A stretch of 44,651 nt of DNA from a virus. Lineage: Duplodnaviria > Caudoviricetes. Under the pieces are notes generated by a model. It did no database searches. It was not told where the DNA came from and saw nothing but the letters and a program-made list of their open reading frames with translations. This document shows, piece after piece, positions 1-7,233 of the stretch. How positions within the stretch are numbered: position 1 is the first letter of the stretch; each line of letters begins with the position of its first letter. The translations under genes were made by a program, and so were the position numbers. The stretch covers positions 1 to 44,651 of the IMG/VR virus record IMGVR_UViG_3300036786_000190; one strand, given 5' to 3'.

Positions 1-324
1 ATGGCCGAATCGGCGCTCAGATCAGCGGTGAAGCGCATCCAGGCGGAGCTGGACAAGGTTGCGGCGGCGACGATCCGCTTCCCCAAGATTGACGTCTATG
101 TCGACGACATCGCGCTGGTCTTCGCCGCCATGAAGCGGTGGGGCGGCCGCCACGACTGGACGCCGACGCGGGAGAATGTCGAGCGGCTGCCGCCGCCGGT
201 CCGCTTCCACATCGTCGATCTTCAGATCAGGATCGAGCTACTGCAGCGCGAGCTCATCAGGGCGGGGAGCGAGGCGCGGCGACGCGACGAGATCATCGCC
301 GAGCTGCGGCACCCGCCCCGCTGA
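1..324 (+). CDS. Hypothetical protein with C-terminal coiled coil
   Basis: 107-aa ORF with normal amino-acid composition, convergent with the late operon. Confidence 0.7.
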   Translation: MAESALRSAVKRIQAELDKVAAATIRFPKIDVYVDDIALVFAAMKRWGGRHDWTPTRENVERLPPPVRFHIVDLQIRIELLQRELIRAGSEARRRDEIIAELRHPPR

Positions 325-326
325 CC

Positions 327-497
327 ATGCGCTTTTGGCTCATCCTGCTGCCGCTCCGCAAGCCTCAAGCGCCGTGGCGCGAGAAGGCTTCGGAGGCGCG
401 CAAGGACGCACTCCTCCGCGATCTCGGGTGGCGCGACGAATATTATCCGGAGCGGATCAACCTGCACCCGCTCGCCGAGATCGAGAGCGAGGCCTGA
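327..497 (+). CDS. Small hypothetical protein (56 aa)
   Basis: ATG at 327, 2 nt after the previous stop; MRFWLILLPLRKPQAPWRE...; ends just before the hairpin. Confidence 0.6.
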   Translation: MRFWLILLPLRKPQAPWREKASEARKDALLRDLGWRDEYYPERINLHPLAEIESEA

Positions 498-502
498 AAC
501 GC

Positions 503-546
503 AAAAAGGCCCCGCCGCCGGTCCCGGAGGAGAGGCGGCGGGGGCC
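503..546 (-). terminator. Intrinsic terminator of the late/lysis operon (possibly bidirectional)
   Basis: GGCCCCGCCGCC / GGCGGCGGGGGCC stem followed on the minus strand by TTTTT; lies between convergent genes. Confidence 0.75.
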
Positions 547-572
547 AGTGGGGGATGGGTTGGAGACGCGCG

Positions 573-908
573 TCAGTGGGGCGGCCGAGGCGGGTCGGCG
601 CAGGCATGGAGGATCGCGTCGGCGCGCTCGGCGTAGGTGCGATATTCCAGCACCTTCCCGGCGAGGATCCGCTCGCGCGCGGCCGAGGCGCCGAGCAGCT
701 GATCGACGGCCGCCTTGTCGGCCGCTTCGGGCATCGTCGGATGCTCCTCGTGGACGCTCTTCGGCGGAGCCGGGATGTCCGCTGCCTTTGGGCAGGGCTG
801 GTAATAGGGCACCGGCACTTCGCGGGTGACGATGTGGTCGGCGGGCGGGGCTGTGGTTGCGCAGGCGGTGAGGAGGAGCGGCGCAGTGCACAGAAGTTGC
901 TTCAGCAT
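573..908 (-). CDS. Lipoprotein, probable o-spanin (Rz1-like)
   Basis: Signal peptide with lipobox LTAC, Pro-rich mature region, last gene of the lysis cassette. Confidence 0.75.
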   Translation of the reverse strand: MLKQLLCTAPLLLTACATTAPPADHIVTREVPVPYYQPCPKAADIPAPPKSVHEEHPTMPEAADKAAVDQLLGASAARERILAGKVLEYRTYAERADAILHACADPPRPPH

Positions 909-1246
909 ACCTCAATCCCTCCATTGCGAATGAAGAAGTGGGCCTTGCATCCGCGCGTCAGCAGGATGCTGCTCGACCCCGCGACGAGCGTAAGGTCGTT
1001 GAACGAGGAGCCCTCAAAGCTCCACCGACCCGGCGTCGGCGGATGGTCCTGCGACACATGAGGTTGCCAGCAGATGATACTATGTGTGCCGATCGATCCG
1101 CCGTTCGCCTGAAAGCAGACAGGGCACTTGAACAAAATGCCGTCTGCTTCTTGAGGAGCGATGCCTTCGACGCGCCGGCGGGTGCGGAGATCGACGATTT
1201 TCAGCCATTGCGGCTCCAGATCGATCAGCCTCATAGCTTCCCCCAT
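902..1246 (-). CDS. DUF6527-like Cys/His protein
   Basis: FKCPVC...H...W.F.G....LTL....SIL....C.AHFFIRNG pattern resembles DUF6527. Confidence 0.65.
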   Translation of the reverse strand: MGEAMRLIDLEPQWLKIVDLRTRRRVEGIAPQEADGILFKCPVCFQANGGSIGTHSIICWQPHVSQDHPPTPGRWSFEGSSFNDLTLVAGSSSILLTRGCKAHFFIRNGGIEVC

Positions 1247-1770
1247 TCCTCTGCCGTCAGCCCCGTCGTCCGCGCCGGATCGACGATCTTCGCCCGCACC
1301 GCCTCGCGCTGCTGCTGCGCCTGCGTCGGCTGAGCCGCATCGTGGGCGGCGGCGACGTGGGCGTTGGCATCGGCCTTGGCGGCGTTCAGGGCGGCGGTCT
1401 GGCGGGTGAGCGCGGCGTCGAGCGTCCGGACATTATCGACGAAGGCGCGGATGTAAGCGGGGGCGTCCACAGGCTTGCTCTTGCCGTTGATGCCGCGGTC
1501 GACCTCGGCGGTGACGGCGGCGATAAGCGCGCCCCGCCCTTCGCTGACCTTCTTCCAGTGGCGGGCATCACCCCGTTCGATCAGCGCAAAGATCAGCGCC
1601 GCGCCAAGCGGCACGATCCACCATATCTTCGCCCAGGGTAGGCCGACGACGAATGAGACAGCCGCCGACGCCAGTTTGGCCGCCGCCGCAGCCGCGCCGG
1701 GGATGAAGGCGATGACGGCGCCAATGCCGCCAAGGCCGAGGACGGGCAGGGCTATGCCGAGAATGCTCAT
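1231..1770 (-). CDS. Probable i-spanin (Rz-like)
   Basis: Start reassigned to ATG 1770 (ATGA overlap). N-terminal hydrophobic segments followed by an Ala/Gln-rich coiled coil; lies downstream of holin and endolysin. Confidence 0.65.
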   Translation of the reverse strand: MSILGIALPVLGLGGIGAVIAFIPGAAAAAAKLASAAVSFVVGLPWAKIWWIVPLGAALIFALIERGDARHWKKVSEGRGALIAAVTAEVDRGINGKSKPVDAPAYIRAFVDNVRTLDAALTRQTAALNAAKADANAHVAAAHDAAQPTQAQQQREAVRAKIVDPARTTGLTAEEWGKL

Positions 1771-2057
1771 TGCGGCGCTCCTTGAGAGAGGGGGGCGACT
1801 GTGGGGTCCGTGGCGCGGGCGGCGGCCACGCCCCGATCCTTGATGTTCACGGCCTGCCCGACCGCCAGCACGACGGCGCTGATCCCGGCGGGAAAGGCGG
1901 TGCAGAAGGCGACCACGTCGAAGGGCCTGCCCTCCGCCATGTTCCACGCCTCAAAGGCGATCGTGCTGAGAATGAAGAGCCCGGCCCCTGCCGCGCCGAT
2001 GGTGCGGTTGATCTCGGGCTGTCCGCCGATCCCCTCGATGATGCTGGACAGCCTCAC
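1767..2057 (-). CDS. Probable holin (two TM segments)
   Basis: GTG at 2057 overlaps the endolysin stop (GTGA). 96 aa with hydrophobic stretches IGAAGAGLFILSTIAF and VVAFCTAFPAGISAVVLAV. Confidence 0.65.
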   Translation of the reverse strand: MRLSSIIEGIGGQPEINRTIGAAGAGLFILSTIAFEAWNMAEGRPFDVVAFCTAFPAGISAVVLAVGQAVNIKDRGVAAARATDPTVAPLSQGAPQ

Positions 2058-2665
2058 AGCAGCACCGCCTTGGCGCGGACGAGCAGCGCCTCCCGCTCCG
2101 CGAGGCCGTTCGTGCCGCCGTTGATCCGGCGGGTGATGGCCACGACGTCGTCCGCGTCGGCGAGCACCGAGAGGCCGTGCTCCTGCCAGTAGGCGCAAGC
2201 GGTGAGGACGGCGATGTCGGGCTGCTCGGCGAGCTCGGGATGGTTGACGAGATCGAGGCCGAGCTTTTGCCCGTAACGCGCGTAATTGGCGCGCCCGGTG
2301 AGCTGGAAGATGCCGCGGCCGCGAAACAGGTAGCCGTCGCCGGCCTTCACGTTGCCGAGATCGGCGCGGCCTTCATAGCCGCGCTGCGCCGGCGTCGGCC
2401 CCCAGATCTCGCGCAGGGTGAGGAAGCCCTCCGTCTCGTGCGCCGCCTGAGCCACGAAGTGGGCGACGCGCATCGCGCTGTCGATGCCATAGGCGACGAA
2501 ATGCGCGGCGGCGCCCCGGCCGAGCGCGGCGCCGCGATCGCCGAGATCGCGCCGCGCCATGTAGCCGAACAGGGCTGCCCAAGTGCGGGGGCCGGCGATG
2601 CCGTCCTGCGCGCCGGGATCGTAACCGGCGCGCGACAGCGCCGCCTGCAGGTGCAGGACGTCCAT
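2054..2665 (-). CDS. Endolysin, glycoside hydrolase family 19 with N-terminal peptidoglycan-binding domain
   Basis: LQAAL...GYDPG..DGIAGPRT (PG-binding); AHFVAQAAHET, FRGRGIFQLTGRANY and ITRRINGGTNGL (GH19). Confidence 0.93.
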   Translation of the reverse strand: MDVLHLQAALSRAGYDPGAQDGIAGPRTWAALFGYMARRDLGDRGAALGRGAAAHFVAYGIDSAMRVAHFVAQAAHETEGFLTLREIWGPTPAQRGYEGRADLGNVKAGDGYLFRGRGIFQLTGRANYARYGQKLGLDLVNHPELAEQPDIAVLTACAYWQEHGLSVLADADDVVAITRRINGGTNGLAEREALLVRAKAVLL

Positions 2666-2686
2666 TTGCGTTCTCCTTGATGTCGA

Positions 2687-3355
2687 TCAGTTTCCGGCAG
2701 TCGCCCCGCCCGGCACGTCAGGATCGGGAGGCGGCCTCTCGATCCGCAGCATCGAGAGGCCGAGCTGCTCCTGCTCCCGGCGGCTGCCGCGATCGGCGAG
2801 ATCCGCCGGATCGTTGGCGCAATAGGCATAGCCTTCGTAGATCAGCTCGCTGTCCCGGCCGACGCCGGCAACGCAGACGATGTGCATCGGCAGCAGCTGG
2901 GCGTGGAGCTGAAGGAACGTGCTCACCGCCCGCCCCGGCTGCGCCAGCGCCGCGCGCTCGAGGCGCTCAACCTCCCGCGCCGCCTCGGCGTCGAAGATGT
3001 CGGCGAAGGTGCAGCCTTCCACCTGGTCGCGGCCTCGGCCGAGCAGGCCGAAGATGCTGACCATTGCGGCCCCGTTGATCCAGATCAGCCGCTTGTTCGC
3101 ATTCTTGATCCAACGCGGGACCAGGCTGGCATGATGATGCTCGACGACATCGAGGCGCCGCTCGAGCGTCTCGATCTTCGCCTCGCAAACCTGATGGGCG
3201 GCAATCGCGTCGCGCAGGTCCGCGTGGAGCCGCCCCTTTTCATTCTCCTCGTCGTGGAACCGGCCCGTCAGCCAGGCGGACGCGAAGCTCCACACGCCGC
3301 CGCCGATAAGCGCGGAGATGACGGCGACCGCTGCGGTCAGCACATTCTGGTTCAT
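2687..3355 (-). CDS. Membrane-anchored protein: TM helix + coiled coil + PAS-like domain
   Basis: N-terminal TM helix; heptad region CEAKIETLERRL; PAS-like segment PRWIKNANKRLIWINGAA...GRGRDQVEGCTFADIF...AREVERLERAAL. Confidence 0.7.
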   Translation of the reverse strand: MNQNVLTAAVAVISALIGGGVWSFASAWLTGRFHDEENEKGRLHADLRDAIAAHQVCEAKIETLERRLDVVEHHHASLVPRWIKNANKRLIWINGAAMVSIFGLLGRGRDQVEGCTFADIFDAEAAREVERLERAALAQPGRAVSTFLQLHAQLLPMHIVCVAGVGRDSELIYEGYAYCANDPADLADRGSRREQEQLGLSMLRIERPPPDPDVPGGATAGN

Positions 3356-3460
3356 TGATTGCCGACCTTCCCCCTATCGACCGGCTCCGCCGCCTCTCGC
3401 CCCTCTGCCGCTTCCACGACCATGCCCTGCCCTTCCCAGTTGGCCGCTTGGATGACGATG

Positions 3461-4198
3461 CTATACAGCCGGGTTCGCAAGGAGCGCCGTAATCAGCGCT
3501 TCGTAGTCGGAATTATCGGTCTGCGTGACATCGCCGATGTACATGATGTGCTGAAGGCTGGTGAGGCTCTGGCCGCCGCTTGTCGTGATCGTTCCGCCCG
3601 GAAAGAGACCGAGATAGAATTCGTCATTGTACAGCATGTTGCGCTGCTGCGTGGGCGGACCGTTGATGACCCAGGCGCCATTGTCGATCCTGATCTTCCT
3701 GTAGCCATCGGCAACGTCGAGCACGCACGTAATCACCCGCCAGGCGCTAGACGTGTAAGCTGCGGAGGCGAACCCGAAGGTATTGTCCCCAAAGGTAGCA
3801 TTGCCTCCGAATAGCCGCAGGCGAAGGGCCGTCGGAAGGTTTGTCACGCCCAGCGTGTCGGTCGGCGTCTGCCATGCCGGGTCGTTTACGTTCGCGAAGG
3901 TCCGCCTGGTCGCATAGAAGGGGTAGAAGGATTCCGTGCCCAGCAGGTTCGGCCACAGGACCGAGATCATGGTGAACTCCGCCGGGAGGACGTTCTTGCC
4001 CCCGAAATAGGCGTCACCGTGCATCTTCATGCCGGTGCGACCGTCCCTCACCACCGTGAAGTCAGGAGCCCCGGTGACAAGCGGCAGGTGATTGCCGAAG
4101 CCGGAGAGATCACGAAGCCGCGTATTGGCCGCATCGTAGCTGCCGGCCACCGTGCGCCAATGCCCGACCAGACCCGAGACATCTGCTTGAACGCCCAT
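3461..4198 (-). CDS. Tail-associated beta-rich protein, possibly ConA/LamG-like lectin
   Basis: LVGHW...RDLSGFGNHL start resembles LamG-type domains; directly follows the esterase tail-spike gene. Confidence 0.55.
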   Translation of the reverse strand: MGVQADVSGLVGHWRTVAGSYDAANTRLRDLSGFGNHLPLVTGAPDFTVVRDGRTGMKMHGDAYFGGKNVLPAEFTMISVLWPNLLGTESFYPFYATRRTFANVNDPAWQTPTDTLGVTNLPTALRLRLFGGNATFGDNTFGFASAAYTSSAWRVITCVLDVADGYRKIRIDNGAWVINGPPTQQRNMLYNDEFYLGLFPGGTITTSGGQSLTSLQHIMYIGDVTQTDNSDYEALITALLANPAV

Positions 4199-4201
4199 CG
4201 T

Positions 4202-5653
4202 TTAATTCTCCTGCGAGATTGAGGCGTTTTCCATCACCGTGCCATCCTCGGCGATGCCGACGTCCACCTCCCCGACGACGAACGTGCGGGGGAAATAAGT
4301 GGCGGCGGTGCCGGTGTCCGGCCCCTGCTGCTGCCCGTTTCTGACGACCCAGGGGCCCGTGAGATTGGCGACCGTCGCGGGCGTGATGATGATCTGTGCC
4401 GGATTGCTTCCGCTCGGCACGACCGAGGTGATCGGGACAGACGCCCCGGTGTTGTCGTAGATCTCGAAGCCGTAGACGCCGGTCAGTCCAGAGCCCGCCG
4501 GAATGCGGGTTGAAATCCTTACGGGCTGGTCGAAGGTGACGACGACGGTTGCGCCGGACACCGCCTTGGAGAGCATCTTCGGCGGCACGAGGTCTTGGCG
4601 GGCATAGGCGCTGTGGAGCTCACCCCGATAGCGGTAACCCTGTCCGTCGGGGTGGGTGAGGTCGACCGCGGCGTGGGCGACGAATTGCGACCAGGACGGC
4701 AGGAGCCTGATCTGCGCGCTTTGCATCGCGACTTGGGCGGCGTTGATGTTGCGCCGGCCCGTGATCGTCTGTTGAGGCGTTCCGGAATGATCACCAGCGC
4801 CGGTGAGGAGCGGTTCGACCCAGATCGGACCGGTCCACACCTGACCAAGCGCGAAGGAAACGGCGCGGCAGATCGACGGAAAGATCTTGCCTTTGGTCGC
4901 CGTCTGATAATCGGCCGAGCTGGTCTCCGTATTGTCGTAGATGTTGCCGTCGTCCGCCTGGTCGGCGTCCGCGTTGCCATGGGCCCATATGATGATCGGA
5001 TTGGGTCTGTAGCCCGCCGCGCGGATCAGCTTTACCGCGCACTGAACGCCGTATTTGAGATTCTCGAAATAGAGATTTCCCTCTCGCAATTGTCGCGCCG
5101 ATTGGGCGCCGATGCCGAACGAACAGAAGAAGCTCGGCCGCCCCGCAATGTGCGACTGATAGCAAGCGCCTGCCGCGAGCGATTCAACGCCCACCAAGGG
5201 CACGAGCGGAACCATTGAGGTCATGTTCGCGGGCGGGATGGGCCATGAAATGGAGTTGCCGGACGTCGGCTGATTGAAGTTGAAGGCTTCCGGGCCGCCG
5301 TTGAACGTATAGGCGTCGGGGACGATGTTCGCCGCTAGCGTCACCTGCGGGCTGCGGCTGAGCGTCAGCGACTGCCCGAAGTAGATGATCAGATCCATCA
5401 CGGCGAGAGCCGCCTCGATGTTGGTGAGGGCCGTCGTCGCCAGCGCGGCCGCGGCGACCGCCTCGTTGCTGGCCAGCTCTGCATCGGCCGCGATCCCGTT
5501 TCCGACCGCGTCCATCACTTCCTGGTCGGTCATGTCCGGCGTGATCGTCACGCCGGCGACGGACCCGAGCCGCCGCGCCTGGTCGGCATAGCTCTCGCCG
5601 CGCAGGCCACGGCCCGACATCGATACGGCGCGGCGGTTGACGGTAACGCTCAT
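4202..5653 (-). CDS. Tail spike / receptor-binding protein with SGNH (sialate O-acetylesterase-like) domain
   Basis: N-terminal anchor and coiled coil, then IIYFGQSL (nucleophile Ser), IIWAHGNAD and DLTHP (D-x-x-H); beta-rich C-terminus. Confidence 0.72.
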   Translation of the reverse strand: MSVTVNRRAVSMSGRGLRGESYADQARRLGSVAGVTITPDMTDQEVMDAVGNGIAADAELASNEAVAAAALATTALTNIEAALAVMDLIIYFGQSLTLSRSPQVTLAANIVPDAYTFNGGPEAFNFNQPTSGNSISWPIPPANMTSMVPLVPLVGVESLAAGACYQSHIAGRPSFFCSFGIGAQSARQLREGNLYFENLKYGVQCAVKLIRAAGYRPNPIIIWAHGNADADQADDGNIYDNTETSSADYQTATKGKIFPSICRAVSFALGQVWTGPIWVEPLLTGAGDHSGTPQQTITGRRNINAAQVAMQSAQIRLLPSWSQFVAHAAVDLTHPDGQGYRYRGELHSAYARQDLVPPKMLSKAVSGATVVVTFDQPVRISTRIPAGSGLTGVYGFEIYDNTGASVPITSVVPSGSNPAQIIITPATVANLTGPWVVRNGQQQGPDTGTAATYFPRTFVVGEVDVGIAEDGTVMENASISQEN

Positions 5654-6039
5654 CAGACGGTGACTCCCGGATCAAGGGTGAAGGCGCCCTGCATCCACAC
5701 GGCCTGAAAGCCTGTGGGGTCGGTGAGCACCAGGTCGTAGACGAGGGCCACCTCGCCGCCCGCCTCCGGCGGTGCGGGCAGGCTCGCAAGCGAAGCCTCG
5801 AAGATGGTGACCCGGACAGCCCCCGGCTCGCCGGTGAACCAGACGCCCTCGCTCGCGCCATCGCTGACGAGCATCAGCGCGATCTGAGCCGCGCCTGGCT
5901 GCCCGCCATATTGGCGCACCTCGAGCGCGGCGCTGTATCCGGTGAAGTCCACCGCCAACCCGGCATCGTCGGTGAACGCATATTCCTCCTGGAACGGTAC
6001 GTTGCGCCACGCGGTGAGGTCGACCGTCTCAGGCATCAT
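5653..6039 (-). CDS. Tail adaptor protein (BppU-N-like), copy 2
   Basis: DFTGYSAALEVR...LVYDLVLT...GAFTLDPGVTV; paralogue of 6751..7221. Confidence 0.7.
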   Translation of the reverse strand: MMPETVDLTAWRNVPFQEEYAFTDDAGLAVDFTGYSAALEVRQYGGQPGAAQIALMLVSDGASEGVWFTGEPGAVRVTIFEASLASLPAPPEAGGEVALVYDLVLTDPTGFQAVWMQGAFTLDPGVTV

Positions 6040-6040
6040 C

Positions 6041-6748
6041 TCAGCTGACCTTGAAGGCGATCATCGGCACGATGGCCGTGGTCGCGAGGGTGAGGCCATC
6101 GGTCGTCTGGTTGCCGGTGAGGGTCGGCCAGGTCCCGAACGTTCCCGTCTTCGTCCAGCCGGCCGCGCCGGCGCCGAGCGCGAGCAAGCCGGTCGATGCG
6201 CCGACCAGTTGGACCGGCGCCAGCGACGTCGTGACGAAGCTGCGGAAGATGACGGTCGCATTGTCGCGCTGGAGGCAGAACCAGTAATCGCCGGCCGCGA
6301 GCGTCGCCCCGGTGGACGTTTCGATCGCCCCGGTGGCGGCGGTGCTGGCCGAGGCCGAGGTGTAGAGGGGAGCGCCGGTCGGAAGGCCCGTCGTCGCGTC
6401 GGCCGCGTAGATCGCGATCTGGAAATTGCCGCCCGCCGCCAGCGTCGTGATATTGGCGACGAAGCTTGCGATCGTCGCCGCCTTTCGGAGGCTGCCCGGC
6501 ATCATGTAGAGGGTTCCGGAGACGCCAACGGCCCCGGCGGCGTTCGGCAGGTTCGGCGACCGGTCCGGCAGGTAATAGCGGCCCGACGAATAGGGCATCG
6601 CGTTCGGCGCCGTGATCTTGGTCCGGAGGTAGGTCACCAGCGCCGAGAGCAGGCCCTTCTTCGTCGCGCCGCCCTGCACGATCGGGAACAGGTCGCTGTC
6701 CGACATCGCGCCCGCCGCGGCGAGCAGGCTGATCTTGCTGTTTGCCAT
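6041..6748 (-). CDS. Tail fibre / structural protein
   Basis: N-terminal MANSKISLL...SDLFPIVQGGATKK motif seen in phage fibre proteins; Thr/Ala/Gly-rich beta domain. Confidence 0.6.
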   Translation of the reverse strand: MANSKISLLAAAGAMSDSDLFPIVQGGATKKGLLSALVTYLRTKITAPNAMPYSSGRYYLPDRSPNLPNAAGAVGVSGTLYMMPGSLRKAATIASFVANITTLAAGGNFQIAIYAADATTGLPTGAPLYTSASASTAATGAIETSTGATLAAGDYWFCLQRDNATVIFRSFVTTSLAPVQLVGASTGLLALGAGAAGWTKTGTFGTWPTLTGNQTTDGLTLATTAIVPMIAFKVS

Positions 6749-6750
6749 GG

Positions 6751-7221
6751 CTATTCCTGCAGGAGGATGTCACCGGCCTCGGTGACGAGATAATCGCCCG
6801 CCTCGGTGAGGACGGCGGTCGTGATCGGGTCGGAAACCGTGACGCCGGGCGCGATCAGGAAGTCGCCCTCGATCCAGATTTCCTGAAGGCTTCCCGGCGG
6901 CGTCAGCACGAGGTCGTAGACGAGCTCGGCCGTCCACGGGCGTTCGTTGCTGCCGACCAGCCCGTCATAGACCGTCGCCAGCGTGGCTTCATCGACCTGG
7001 ATGAACAGCGAATCGGCGTCGAAGCGAATGCCCTGGCTGCTATCGGTGACGGTCGAGAGACTGATTTGCGCCGAGCCGGCCTGGCCGCCGTAGAGGCGGA
7101 CCTGCATCGCGCCGGCATAGCCGGTGAAGTCCATTGCCGAGCCGTCATCGTCGACCACCTGAAAGGCCTCGGCGAAGGGGGCGTTGCGATAGGCGGTGAT
7201 CGGCTCGTCCGCGGGCGTCAT
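6751..7221 (-). CDS. Tail adaptor protein (BppU-N-like), copy 1
   Basis: DFTGYAGAMQVR...LVYDLVLT...GDFLIAPGVTV plus a C-terminal LTEAGDYLVTEAGDILLQE repeat. Confidence 0.7.
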   Translation of the reverse strand: MTPADEPITAYRNAPFAEAFQVVDDDGSAMDFTGYAGAMQVRLYGGQAGSAQISLSTVTDSSQGIRFDADSLFIQVDEATLATVYDGLVGSNERPWTAELVYDLVLTPPGSLQEIWIEGDFLIAPGVTVSDPITTAVLTEAGDYLVTEAGDILLQE

Positions 7222-7233
7222 GCTTCCTCCGCC

